Assembly (NCBI GenBank): GCA_038087875.1
Contig: CM075998.1
Span: 186,001-250,000, forward strand
Length of the DNA: 64,000 bases
Direction: 5' to 3'
Source: Malacoraja senta
Lineage: Eukaryota
Both the position numbers and the translations under genes were made by a program. Shown here one piece after another: positions 24,801 to 34,165 of this stretch. Under the pieces are notes generated by a model. It did no database searches. It was not told the DNA's origin and saw nothing but the letters and a program-made list of their open reading frames with translations. Each line of letters begins with the position of its first letter. Position 1 is the first letter of the stretch.

Positions 24801-27800
24801 CTTCAGTATGAGGCTTTGTTCTTTATTTGTTAATTGGAGCATCATGAAGTGAAGGTTTACACCCGTCATTGCTGATGCTGCATCCTTTCCTGGCATGGAA
24901 TATGTAGGACAAGACTGGATGATTTGTCAAATGGCAGCAAGTTGCAGCGTCAACCTCTTGATCACATCCTCATTTACTCCGGGTCTGCGAGTGTGCAATG
25001 TGAATGGCCAGGGATGCTGTGGCTCTGATGGAAGGTTTTACTTTATCACCCCCTGTGACCATGAACACTTTCTTCAGTCTGTCTATTTGGGGCTTATAAT
25101 GGGCAAAGCATTTATCAAGTCAAGTCCATTTTATTTCTATAGCACATTTAAAAACAACTCTTGTTGACCAAAGTGCTTTACATTGGTGAAGGTACTAATG
25201 TGCTACAAACAGTGGTACATAGATCAACAATACATACATAGACACATACATACAGCGCTCCCTCAGAGGACCTCAAGAAAGGCTTAAGAGTAGAAATAAC
25301 TTTTAAGTCTAGACTTAAAAGAGTTGATGGAGGGGGCAGTTCTGATGGGAAGAGGGATGCTGTTCCACAGTCTAGGAGCTGCAACCACAAAAGCGCGGTC
25401 GCCCCTGAGCTTATGCCTAGACCGCGGGATGGTCAGTAACCCCAAGTGGGCCGATCTCAGGGACCTGGAGGTGGTGTGGTGGGTAAGCAGACTTTTGATG
25501 TAGGTGGAGGCAAGCCCGTTAAAGGCTTTGTAAACATAAAGAAGGAGCTTGAAACTGATTCGGAACCGCACTGGGAGCCAGTGGAGAGAGGCCAGGATCG
25601 GGGTGATGTGGTCCCTTTTTCGGGTACCCGTCAGGAGTCTCGCTGCGGCGTTTTGGACCAGTTGCAGGCGGGACAGGGATGATTGGCTGATGCCAGTGTA
25701 AAGGGAGTTGCAGTAATCTAGGCGGGAGGAGATAAATGAGTGGATGATCTTTTCGAGGTCGTCAAAGTGGAGGAATTGTTTTATTTTAGCTATCGTCCGA
25801 AGCTGGAAGAAGCTAGGTTTTACCAAGTTGTGGGTGATGTCTCGTTACTGTGTCATTAGTGAGATTCCTTTGTTTGTTGTTTTTCAGGAAGGGAACTAAG
25901 ATCGTGCTCTGGAGAGAGGAGCAGGAAATGGAGCTGGAGACATTGTTTGTGGAGTTCAGAGCATCTGATGGTTTGTTGTTTTTGCTTTGACTATGGTTAG
26001 CTGGAATGAATTTGCCCGCTCCCCTTCCCCCTCTCTCTTTGCCATGCCCTCCCATCTCTCCCACTGCCTCTCAATCTCACCTACCCCTCCCAATCACCCT
26101 GCTCTTCCCCCTCATCTCCCATCCCTGAGTTTTATCCTCCCTGTCCACTTCCACATGCACCCCTCCCTCCAGCTTTACATTTCACTCCTCTCCTTATCTG
26201 ACTCCTTTTTGTCTCTGTTTCACCTCTACCCTTATTCCACCCATCTGCCTATCAAACCACCCTCACCTGTATCCACCTATCACTTGCCAGACTTTGTCCT
26301 GCCCCAGCTCCCTATTCCAACTTTCTCCCCCTTACTCCAATCAGTCTGAAGAAGGGTCCCGACCTGAAACGTCATCTGTCCATTCCCTCCGCAGATGCTG
26401 CCTGACCCGCTGAGTTGCTCCTTCCCCTCCTCCGTATTTTGCTCACGATCCCAGCATCTGCAGTTTCTGTTTGCTTGTGATTCCCTGAAAAGTGTTGACT
26501 TGTGAGGAGCAGGAACCATTTCCCCTCCCCACTACTAATCTTTCTCTGAATGGCTGATTAATAAGATTCTAATGTTGAAAGGTGTTAATTAATGCAAAAC
26601 AGAGACCAATCTTCAGACTGGCAAGCCCAAATGACTTAGTTACTTTGTAAAGTGATCCCTTCATTATCCAGCCAATCGTTTGTTTATTGCAACCTGGGAC
26701 CAATGCAATTGATGAAAGTTATCTGTTTTGATCCTAAGATCTCCTTGGTGATATCATGAAAAAAATAACCTGCAAGCGGACCCGACCAAGAATCATTGAT
26801 AAGTTGATCAGCATGGGCCTCGTTTCTGACAGAACGGAACTCTACAAGAAGAGGAGGAAGCTTGCAAAAGGAAAACGCCAGGTACTCTTGTGTTTGTGTG
26901 GTGCTACAGAGGTCAGGGAGAGTGTTGAACTTGTAGAATTGTCCACCATAGAAGCTGAAGCCATATCATTAAATGTTTATCATTAAGAATAAGGGGTAAG
27001 CCATTTAGAACGGAGACGAGGAAACACTTTTTCTCACAGAGAGTGGTGAGTCTGTGGAATTCTCTACCTCAGAGGGCGGTGGAGGCAGGTTCTCTGGATG
27101 CTTTCAAGAGAGATCTAGATAGGGCTCTTAAAGATAGCGAGAGAGAGTCAGGGGATATGGGGAGAAGGCAGGAACGGGGTACTGATTGGGGATGATCAGC
27201 CATGATCACATTGAATGGCGGTGCTGGCTGGAAGGGCCAAATGGCCTGCTCCTGAACCTATTGTCTATTGTCTATTGAATCCACAAAGGAGTTAACTATC
27301 GTTCTAAAGGCTAAAGTGATCATGGGGTCCAGGACAATGCTAGAAGAGGGGACTGAATCCAGTTGATTGGCCATGATCACAATCAATGCTGGAGTTGGTT
27401 CAAATAACGTAGTGGCCCACTCTGCTCCTCATTTCCAGGGAGACGTTGAACAGACTTGGATTGTTTTCTCTGTGTTTGTTTCCAAGTTCAACACTTTAAA
27501 TGTTTTTTAAATAGATCATTGAGTTTGTGGTTATTCTGTCTGGTGGAATTTTGCTGCTTCTGTGTTTGCCTTGGTGGAGGGGGAGAGGAGGCAGAAAAGT
27601 ATCTGAAAGGCAGTTGACTTCCCCCCGAGCTCTAAAAGTTTCTGTCTGTAAATTGTTCTTTCAGGAGGAAGAGGATTCCGCTGATGACATGGGGTCTGGT
27701 CCCAGCCAGGGGCCGTCAGAGGATGAGGATGAGGACGAGCTGGACGAAGATGACGGCAGTGCGGACGAGAGGGCAGAGCACAGCACCAAATCCACACCGA

Positions 27801-30800
27801 GATATGCCACAAAAGGCCAGGTTGGCATGAGGGAGCCTGACCCAGCAATTCCACTCCTGTGCTGCCAACTTCAACAGCAAGGTTGAGTTCAAACTTCCAT
27901 TGTTTTCATGCAAATGTTTGGGGAAAAAATATTCATGTCATCTTGTAAAATGGAACAGAGTGGCAATGTGGTTTTATTTGACATGCAAAACTAATCTCAG
28001 AGTGGGATCGTGGAAAGGATGGAGAAAGTAAGGGAAGGGTTATTGGGTAGAGCCATGTATAGTGGGAGGTAGACAAAAGTGCTGGAGAAACTCAGCGGGT
28101 GCAGCAGCATCTATGGAGCGAAGGAAATAGGCAACGTTTCGGGCCGAAACCCTTCTTCATACTGATGTGGCCCACCTCAGCTGATAGACACTGAAGCTTG
28201 TCGTTGCTCTTTGACTGCAGTTTAATAGAATAATATGGCACTGAATCTGCGATATTTTTATTGAAGAAATTCGACGTGCTTATTGGGATACCACTATTGC
28301 TGAAAAGTCTTGGCACATTGATGCCTTCCAATCCTGTTGCTTCCCTCCCTTCCCAATATCACGTGTTGGGGAGTATTTAGTTTTGAAACTGGTTTAATGT
28401 GGAGCAGAAATTTTCAATCGGTACAGATTTCAGTGACGTGGATAATGTGAGCTGGATTATTTTTAAATGATCGCTTTCACCTTTGCAATGCAGGTCTGAC
28501 AGGTCCTCTTTTGTGGCTGCAGAATTGCCTCAACAGAACGGCTGACAAACGAGAAGATGATGGTCAGTGCCTCTCTTATTTACAATTCTTTATAGCCTGT
28601 AGCTTCATTCCCAGGGTGTCCCATGAAGATCACTGCCTGAGCTGAAGCAAGTGGTGTTAAACTGGCAGTTACCTATTACACCCATCGTAACCCAGCCGAG
28701 TGCACTGTCGGTGTTTATGGTGGCAGATTTCAGACCAACGTGCACAGAGACAAAGAACAACTTGCATTTCTACAGTAGCGCAGTTTAAAAATTCCCGTGA
28801 ATTCTACCGTACACTTGTAGAAATTCATCGGCACACCAGATCTCCTCAATCTACCAAGGAAGTAGAGGCAGTGATGAGCTTTGAGTGACCCACAGCATCC
28901 ACAAGCTCTGACATCTCACACAGGCCCTCTTACTTTAGCTTGCTCCTGCCTTTCCCAGTAACATGTGCCAGTGGTTTATTGTCTCCCTGTGTTGCAGGGA
29001 CCTTGATCGCTGTGCCGCTCGTCCCCTTCTCTGAGGAAAACGAAGATGCCATGGACAACGAGGTGTTCCAGAAGCTTCTGAAGAAAGTCGGAATCCGACC
29101 TCCTGCAGATGAACAGGTAAATTAGGTGATTAACCTAAATGAAGATGGTGAATGAACCAAACAAGGCTCGCTGTGTCTGGATAGACATTTGTGCACGTCT
29201 GCAGTGTGAACATCTTACACCTGAGGAAGTTATTGAAGCAGATACAATTACTACTTTAAAAAGATATTACAATAGACATATATGAATAGGAAGGGTTTAG
29301 AGGGCTATGAACCAAATGGCGAGAAAATGGGAGTGTCCCAATATGCCAAGATGGCGTGGATGGGTGGGCAGACGGATCTGTTTCTGTGCTGTACGGCTCT
29401 GACTACTCATCTGGGTGATGTGTCTAACCATAATAAGCACTGGCAGGTATGGGCGACACAGTGGCCCAGAATGATGAAGATGTGGGCTCGTGCTTCAGAC
29501 TGGGGATTCAAAGGCATGGATTGAAAGGACAGATGTATGTGTAACGAATAAAGGAATACGTTGAAACGGTAGGGTTGGGGTAAACATATAATAGTTGGTA
29601 TTGGTTTATTCTTGTCAAATGTACCGAGGTACAGTGAAAAGCTTTTGTTTGTGTGCTATCAAATCAATGAAGCAAACTGTATGTGAGTACAATCACACCA
29701 TACACAGACACAACAGAGATAAACACCAGAGTGCAGAATATACTACAAGGTCTGCAATGAGGTAGGTTGGGAGATGAGGACGAACCTCTAGCTGACGAGA
29801 GAACATTCAGTACTCTGATAACAGTGAGGAAGAAGCTGTTCCTGAATCTGGTGGCAATCTAGTTTCCTCTACGACTACCCTTTTGTTCCTCGCTCCTCTA
29901 CAATCATTTCTACAATTGCAGTTTTTAACATTTCTTACAGGAATCTTTTTGGCGAATTTCTGCCAACCTGAGTGGCGTGCAGTTGCGTAAGATTGCTTCA
30001 GTTATCGCCCTACAGAATGGTGATGGGGAAGGAGGGACGGCCCAGGACAGCAACGTCAGCTTTAGTGCAGGTCACAAGTCTGAGGCCTTGCGGGCTCTTG
30101 TCATGGCCAGGGAGAGGCATGCTGCAGCCACCAAAGGTATGAGTCAAAATCCATCTGAACAGTCAAAGCTTGTGGTCCTGTGCTTTCATTGCTGGCTCTT
30201 TAGTAATTGTGATCACGCTGCAGCTTGCTGTGTTTTGTAGGTGTGCATTCACCACTTACACTGCTGGGGAACTGCTTCCAACACCATTAGGTTGTGATTA
30301 TAGAGTGCAGGTTGAAGCTAAAGGAGGGGAGTCATTTACTGATACAAACACCATAACCATATAACCATAACAGCACGGAAACAGGCCATCTCGGCCCTTC
30401 AAGTCCGTGCCGAACATTTTTTTTTTTTTAATAAATTAAAAATAAATACTTCCCCCTAGTCCCATCTACCTGCACTCAGACCATAACCCTCCATTCCTTT
30501 CCCGTCCATATACCCATCCAATCTATTTTTAAAGGATAACATCGAACCTGCCTCCACCACTTCCACTGGAAGCTCATTCCACACAGCTACCACTCTCTGA
30601 GTGATGTTGATATTTTCTAATATATTTTCTAATATATTTAGCAGGTGGTGATGCTAAGCCTGAAGCGAGAGGCAGAGATGCCCCAGAGTCTCCCTCTGGA
30701 TCAGACAATGACACCAAAAGGCAAGTGATGAGTCGGTAAACTCCAGTGCTCTCAACCTAATGGGCAGTGTACCCTGGTGTGGGAAGAATTCACGCTGGAC

Positions 30801-33133
30801 ACCACTGAGGAAAGAGGGGAAGTCGGGCAGTAAACAACCAACTAGCTCATGACAAAGCATGAATGGAGAGAACTATCCACTACGGGGAAAATAGATCATG
30901 CTCCAAGCTCCTTCATCTCTGGCTTCTTGATTCTGCTCGCTTCAAGAATTCAAAGGACTTTGGGGAACATTTTCAATCAGTTGGTTTCAGGCCGCATTGC
31001 AGTGTGGCACAAACTGTTAACGCACCAAGCCCACAAAACAATTTTGACATGGGGAATGTCCCACTGAGTTCTCCCAGCGTTCTGTTTTTTTGTTCCAGAT
31101 TCCGGCATCTGCAGTCAAAACAGCACAGAAATGGGCTCTTCGGTCCAACTTGCCCACGCTGACCAACATGTCCCATCTACACTAGTCCCATCTGCCCGTG
31201 TTTGGCCCATAACCCTCTAAACCTTTCCTATCCATGTATCTGTCCAAATTTATTTTAAATGCTGTGATAGTATCAGCCTCAACTATCTCCTCTGGCAGCT
31301 CGTTCCATACACCCACCACCCACTGTATAAAAAAAGTTGCCCCTCAGTTTCCTATTAAAACTTTCCCCTCTCACCTTAAACCAATGTCCTCTGGTTCTCG
31401 ATTCCCCTCCTCCAGGTAAAAGGCTGTGCATAAGGGGATCTTATAGAAACGTACAAAATTCTTAAGGGGTTGGGCAGGCTAGATGCAGGAAGATTGCTCC
31501 CGATGTTGGGGAAGTCCATGACAAGGGGTCACAGCTTAAGGATAAGGGGGGAATCCTTTAAAACCGAAATGAGAAGAACTTTTTTCACACAGAGAGTGGT
31601 GAATCTCTGGAACTCTCTGCCACAGAGGGTAGTCGAGGCCAGTTCATTGGCTATATTTAAGAGGGAGTTAGATGTGGCCCTTGTGGCTAAAGGGATCAGG
31701 GGGTATGGAGAGAAGGCAGGTACGGGATACTGAGTTGGATGATCAGCCATGATCATATTGAATGGCGGTGCAGGCTCGAAGGGCCGAATGGCCTACTCCT
31801 GCACCTAATTTCTATGTTTCTATGTTCCCTTCATGATACCTTATACCCCTCATCCTCCTGTGCTCCAATCCTGCCCAACCTCTCCCTATAGCTCAGGCCC
31901 TCATTCCTGACAACTGATGATCTGTGCTTCAACTGTGCATTAAAACCAGATCATGTTTTTCTATTTCAGTAACAGTGAGAAGACCAAACACAAACAAATG
32001 CTCAAGCGAAGTCGTGTGTTTGACAGTGACGATGACATGGATGACAGAGGTAAGATTTTGTTTTCTACTTGTGTTGACAGCTTCAGGGAGTTATGGACTT
32101 GGACCCCCAGGTCCCTCTGTACATCAGTGCTGTTAACGATATGTTCCCCTTGCATTTGACCAGCCCTTACATTGGCAAAAAAAACACACACCTTCCACCT
32201 TAACCCTCTGTCTTCTATCAGTAAGCCAGTTCTGATAACTGGTAATCCCATGCATCTTAATCTTCTGGATCATGGGGGACTTTATCAAATGCTTTACTAA
32301 AATCCATGTCGACAACATCCACCGCCCTACCCTCATCCATCACCTTTGTCACCTCCTCAAAAAACTCAATCATGTTAGTGAGACGTGCTGTCAAGTACAA
32401 AGCCATGCTGACTGTCCATAATTAATCCATTCTCTTCCAAATGGGAATAAATCCTATCCCGAAGAATCCTCTCCAATAGCTTCCCTACCACTGATGTGAA
32501 GCTCACCAAGCTATATTTCCCTGGATTCTCTCTACTTCCCTTAAATAAAGGGACAACGTTAGCTGCTCTCCAGTCCTCCGGGACCTCACCTGCGGCTAGA
32601 GAAGACGCAGAGATCTTCGTTAAGGCTCCTCCGATCTCCTCTGTCTCTCGATAACCTAGGATAAATTCAATCTTCCTGATGATTTATCCACCTTATTGCT
32701 TTTCAAAAGCTCCAACACTTCCTCCTCCTTAATCTCAAGCTGTGCTTGCATATTAGTATTCTCCATTACTGAAAATGCTGGAAACACTCGGTAGGTCAGG
32801 CAGCATCTGTGGAGGGAGAAACAGTGAACACTACAGGTCAATGACCTGCTGAGTATTTCCAGCGTTTTCTTGTTGTATTTCAGATTTCAGGCATCCATGT
32901 TATTTGTGCCTTTTGGTATTGGCGAGGATGCATTTAAAACGTGGAGGGGAATTGTTACTAAGCCCACAGTTGTAATGAATTTTGAATATGAACTTTCAGT
33001 CGAAGACACACCAAACGTGGAGGCAACAGAAGGCTCTGATCCTAACTCTGAGACGTCTGACTCGGACACTGCCCACAGGGTGATCAAAAGGTGTCGGCGG
33101 GCAATTGAAGATGACGATGATGACATTGATTAA
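9786..33133 (+). CDS. TIMELESS: Protein timeless homolog (replication fork protection complex subunit), multi-exon gene span
   Basis: 28 visible coding exons splice in phase; [38 protein letters not shown]...[11 protein letters not shown] follows human TIMELESS. About 67 aa are missing at the N gap. Confidence 0.96.
9939..10239. mobile_element. PIF/Harbinger-like MITE
   Basis: 11-bp TIRs ATGGCCTGTCC / GGACAGGCCCT, TTA TSD (9936-9938, 10240-10242), internal ~20-bp repeats in both orientations. Confidence 0.7.
10394..10547 (+). CDS. TIMELESS: TIMELESS coding exon 2
   Basis: [23 protein letters not shown]...EAVIR. Confidence 0.93.
10712..11080. repeat. Tandem array of ~31-bp units GAGTAACTCAGCGGGTCAGGCAGCATCTCTG derived from a Penelope-like terminus
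   Basis: About seven copies, partly interleaved with a GAGAA..GGA.AG.TACAAAGTG spacer. Confidence 0.8.
11844..11958 (+). CDS. TIMELESS: TIMELESS coding exon 3 (GC donor)
   Basis: [14 protein letters not shown]...LQGYKE; donor GAG|GCGAGT. Confidence 0.9.
12315..12377 (+). CDS. TIMELESS: TIMELESS coding exon 4
   Basis: [21 protein letters not shown]. Confidence 0.92.
12595..12696 (+). CDS. TIMELESS: TIMELESS coding exon 5
   Basis: [34 protein letters not shown]. Confidence 0.93.
13265..13556 (-). mobile_element. tRNA-derived SINE (HE1/V-SINE-like)
   Basis: Reverse complement shows A/B-box-like head, TTCCTCCCACAC core and (CTAAA)n tail. Confidence 0.75.
14168..14323 (+). CDS. TIMELESS: TIMELESS coding exon 6
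   Basis: [17 protein letters not shown]...[10 protein letters not shown]. Confidence 0.93.
14890..15023 (+). CDS. TIMELESS: TIMELESS coding exon 7
   Basis: [10 protein letters not shown]...[22 protein letters not shown]. Confidence 0.9.
15200..15287 (+). CDS. TIMELESS: TIMELESS coding exon 8
   Basis: [29 protein letters not shown]. Confidence 0.93.
15454..15630 (+). CDS. TIMELESS: TIMELESS coding exon 9
   Basis: FKNYTHD...[31 protein letters not shown]. Confidence 0.93.
15935..16258 (-). mobile_element. tRNA-derived SINE (HE1/V-SINE-like), near full length
   Basis: Reverse complement GGGCAGCACGGTGGCGCAGCG...GGTTCGATCC...GGTTTCCTCCCACAC...(CTAAA)n. Further copies at ~14540-14740, 17155-17440, 22760-23030, 59855-60010. 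Confidence 0.8.
16397..16614 (+). CDS. TIMELESS: TIMELESS coding exon 10
   Basis: [20 protein letters not shown]...[10 protein letters not shown]...WSR. Confidence 0.93.
17640..17743 (+). CDS. TIMELESS: TIMELESS coding exon 11
   Basis: [17 protein letters not shown]...RESARVIK. Confidence 0.93.
18035..18204 (+). CDS. TIMELESS: TIMELESS coding exon 12
   Basis: [13 protein letters not shown]...DLVETTHLF...NLFVQ. Confidence 0.93.
18879..19004 (+). CDS. TIMELESS: TIMELESS coding exon 13
   Basis: [10 protein letters not shown]...[19 protein letters not shown]. Confidence 0.88.
19484..19635 (+). CDS. TIMELESS: TIMELESS coding exon 14
   Basis: [33 protein letters not shown]...LLRAA. Confidence 0.92.
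20207..21250. mobile_element. Non-autonomous DNA transposon (hAT-like) with imperfect TIRs and 7-bp TSD
   Basis: TAGCAATGTTACAA ... TTGTAACATACCTA, flanked by CTGTATG at 20200-20206 and 21251-21257; no ORF. Confidence 0.75.
21413..21510 (+). CDS. TIMELESS: TIMELESS coding exon 15
   Basis: [11 protein letters not shown]...[11 protein letters not shown]. Confidence 0.92.
21598..21718 (+). CDS. TIMELESS: TIMELESS coding exon 16
   Basis: [11 protein letters not shown]...[13 protein letters not shown]. Confidence 0.9.
21968..22167. other. Assembly gap (200 N)
   Basis: Run of N that begins inside a SINE head. Confidence 0.99.
23100..23245 (+). CDS. TIMELESS: TIMELESS coding exon after gap (GC donor)
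   Basis: [14 protein letters not shown]...[11 protein letters not shown]...EMTEGY; donor AAG|GCAAGT. Confidence 0.92.
23730..23818 (+). CDS. TIMELESS: TIMELESS coding exon
   Basis: [29 protein letters not shown] (human ..RAPTWSPEEEAHLRELY..). Confidence 0.87.
23878..24083. repeat. Polypyrimidine minisatellite (~17-19 bp CCCCTTCCCCCTCTCCG units)
   Basis: Directly visible tandem repeats ending in poly-C. Confidence 0.9.
24600..24723 (+). CDS. TIMELESS: TIMELESS coding exon
   Basis: [40 protein letters not shown]. Confidence 0.9.
25115..25826 (-). mobile_element. L2-clade LINE 3' fragment (end of ORF2 plus 3' tail)
   Basis: ORF 25284-25826 [10 protein letters not shown]...[12 protein letters not shown]...[14 protein letters not shown]...FKSRLK; tail AATAAAATGGACTTGACTTGA. 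Confidence 0.9.
25888..25970 (+). CDS. TIMELESS: TIMELESS coding exon
   Basis: [27 protein letters not shown]. Confidence 0.92.
26739..26881 (+). CDS. TIMELESS: TIMELESS coding exon
   Basis: [40 protein letters not shown]. Confidence 0.92.
26985..27277 (+). mobile_element. CR1-clade LINE 3' fragment
   Basis: [13 protein letters not shown]-type coding end, (CTATTGT)n tail. Confidence 0.8.
27665..27881 (+). CDS. TIMELESS: TIMELESS coding exon (acidic linker)
   Basis: EEEDSADD...[12 protein letters not shown]...LCCQLQQQ; phases fit neighbours. Confidence 0.82.
28494..28562 (+). CDS. TIMELESS: TIMELESS coding exon (PARP1-binding domain)
   Basis: [22 protein letters not shown]. Confidence 0.92.
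28998..29116 (+). CDS. TIMELESS: TIMELESS coding exon
   Basis: [39 protein letters not shown]. Confidence 0.93.
29941..30136 (+). CDS. TIMELESS: TIMELESS coding exon
   Basis: [20 protein letters not shown]...[13 protein letters not shown]. Confidence 0.9.
30645..30720 (+). CDS. TIMELESS: TIMELESS coding exon (GC donor, NAGNAG acceptor)
   Basis: [24 protein letters not shown]; needed to convert phase 1 to phase 2; donor AAG|GCAAGT; little protein-level homology. Confidence 0.7.
31430..31826 (+). mobile_element. CR1-clade LINE 3' fragment
   Basis: TRGHSLRI...[20 protein letters not shown]...FKRELD; (TTTCTATG)n tail. Related pieces at ~24257-24495, 43320-43495, 61920-62185, 62860-63065. Confidence 0.85.
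31970..32049 (+). CDS. TIMELESS: TIMELESS coding exon
   Basis: [26 protein letters not shown] (human KKRQLLDSDEE). Confidence 0.8.
32085..32760 (-). mobile_element. Degenerate CR1 RT fragment
   Basis: Minus-strand remnants such as [10 protein letters not shown] and [13 protein letters not shown]. Confidence 0.75.
33000..33133 (+). CDS. TIMELESS: TIMELESS last coding exon
   Basis: EDTPNVE...[17 protein letters not shown] (human KKKRYQIEDDEDD). Confidence 0.85.
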
Positions 33134-33329
33134 CTTTGAACGTCAGTCTCTTGAAATGATTTTGAACACTGGGTCCAACAAAAGGCAACTTGTAATCAAG
33201 GAGTCGCTGTCATCAGCAGATACTAACGTTCTTCATGTAAGTTTTGTATGAAGTGTTACAATTACACATTTTATCTGAAACCATTCTAGTTTGCAGTCAC
33301 TATCTTTAATAGTTATGTTGTTTAATGAA

Positions 33330-33335
33330 AATAAA
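33330..33335 (+). terminator. TIMELESS polyadenylation signal AATAAA (second candidate 33454-33459)
   Basis: AATAAA ~200 nt after the stop codon with U-rich sequence downstream. Confidence 0.6.
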
Positions 33336-34041
33336 AGAAACATATGCAACGTTTTTCATAACTGATTGTTCTGGTGTCCTGTGAACCTGATAAAGAGTAC
33401 TGTAGATTGAAACATTATAACTTGTCATGTGCTGGATGCGTACATTAGTCTGAAATAAAACACAAAGCTAGTTCAAATCTTTAATCTGCAATTCAGCAAA
33501 GGAGTTTACATGTTGCAATAGTTCAGGAAAATTAAGAGTATTTTCAGTTCCACCCTCCCAGATGTTTGTCAAAAAAAACATTTCATTCGTCTTCATTCCT
33601 ACCCGTTGTTTGAGGGAGAAACATTTTTGTTTGATTTGGTTTCCTCATCCCAACAGCAAACTAAACTAGGTTGAGTCTGATTCTGTGGGGCAGTATGAAC
33701 TGGAATAAGGGCCCAGAAAATGTAGCTCTTTCATGGTAAAAGTACCAGTCTTTGCCTAACCTGGGTTTGAAATGGCTAATCAGAATTTACAGCAAGGAGC
33801 TGTCAAATTTCTCAGGGTAGGAGTATTGCAACCCCCAGTCCCTGGTCACAAGGGAATTATACATTGTAGAACTGTGTTGCGTGGATTTTTTTTCTTTTGA
33901 GTTTCCATATGAATCAATGCACATGTTTGTGATCACAACGATTATTTCAAACTTGTCACTTCAAGACCTCGTGCGTTCAAGTTTCCACAACCCTGGCTGG
34001 AGGTAGATTATCGAGGCACTAGACTGGTTGGGCTTTGATGG

Positions 34042-34165
34042 TTAAGGAACATGGACCTCCAATAGGCGGCTGTTTATCTTCTTGCACACTGGACCATTTC
34101 CGTTCCCGTTAGTTACCTTCACAAACTTCACAGAGACAGTGTCTTTACTGAACCTAACAGAAAGT
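34042..34165 (-). CDS. MYO1A: MYO1A last coding exon
   Basis: [16 protein letters not shown]...[14 protein letters not shown]. Confidence 0.91.
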
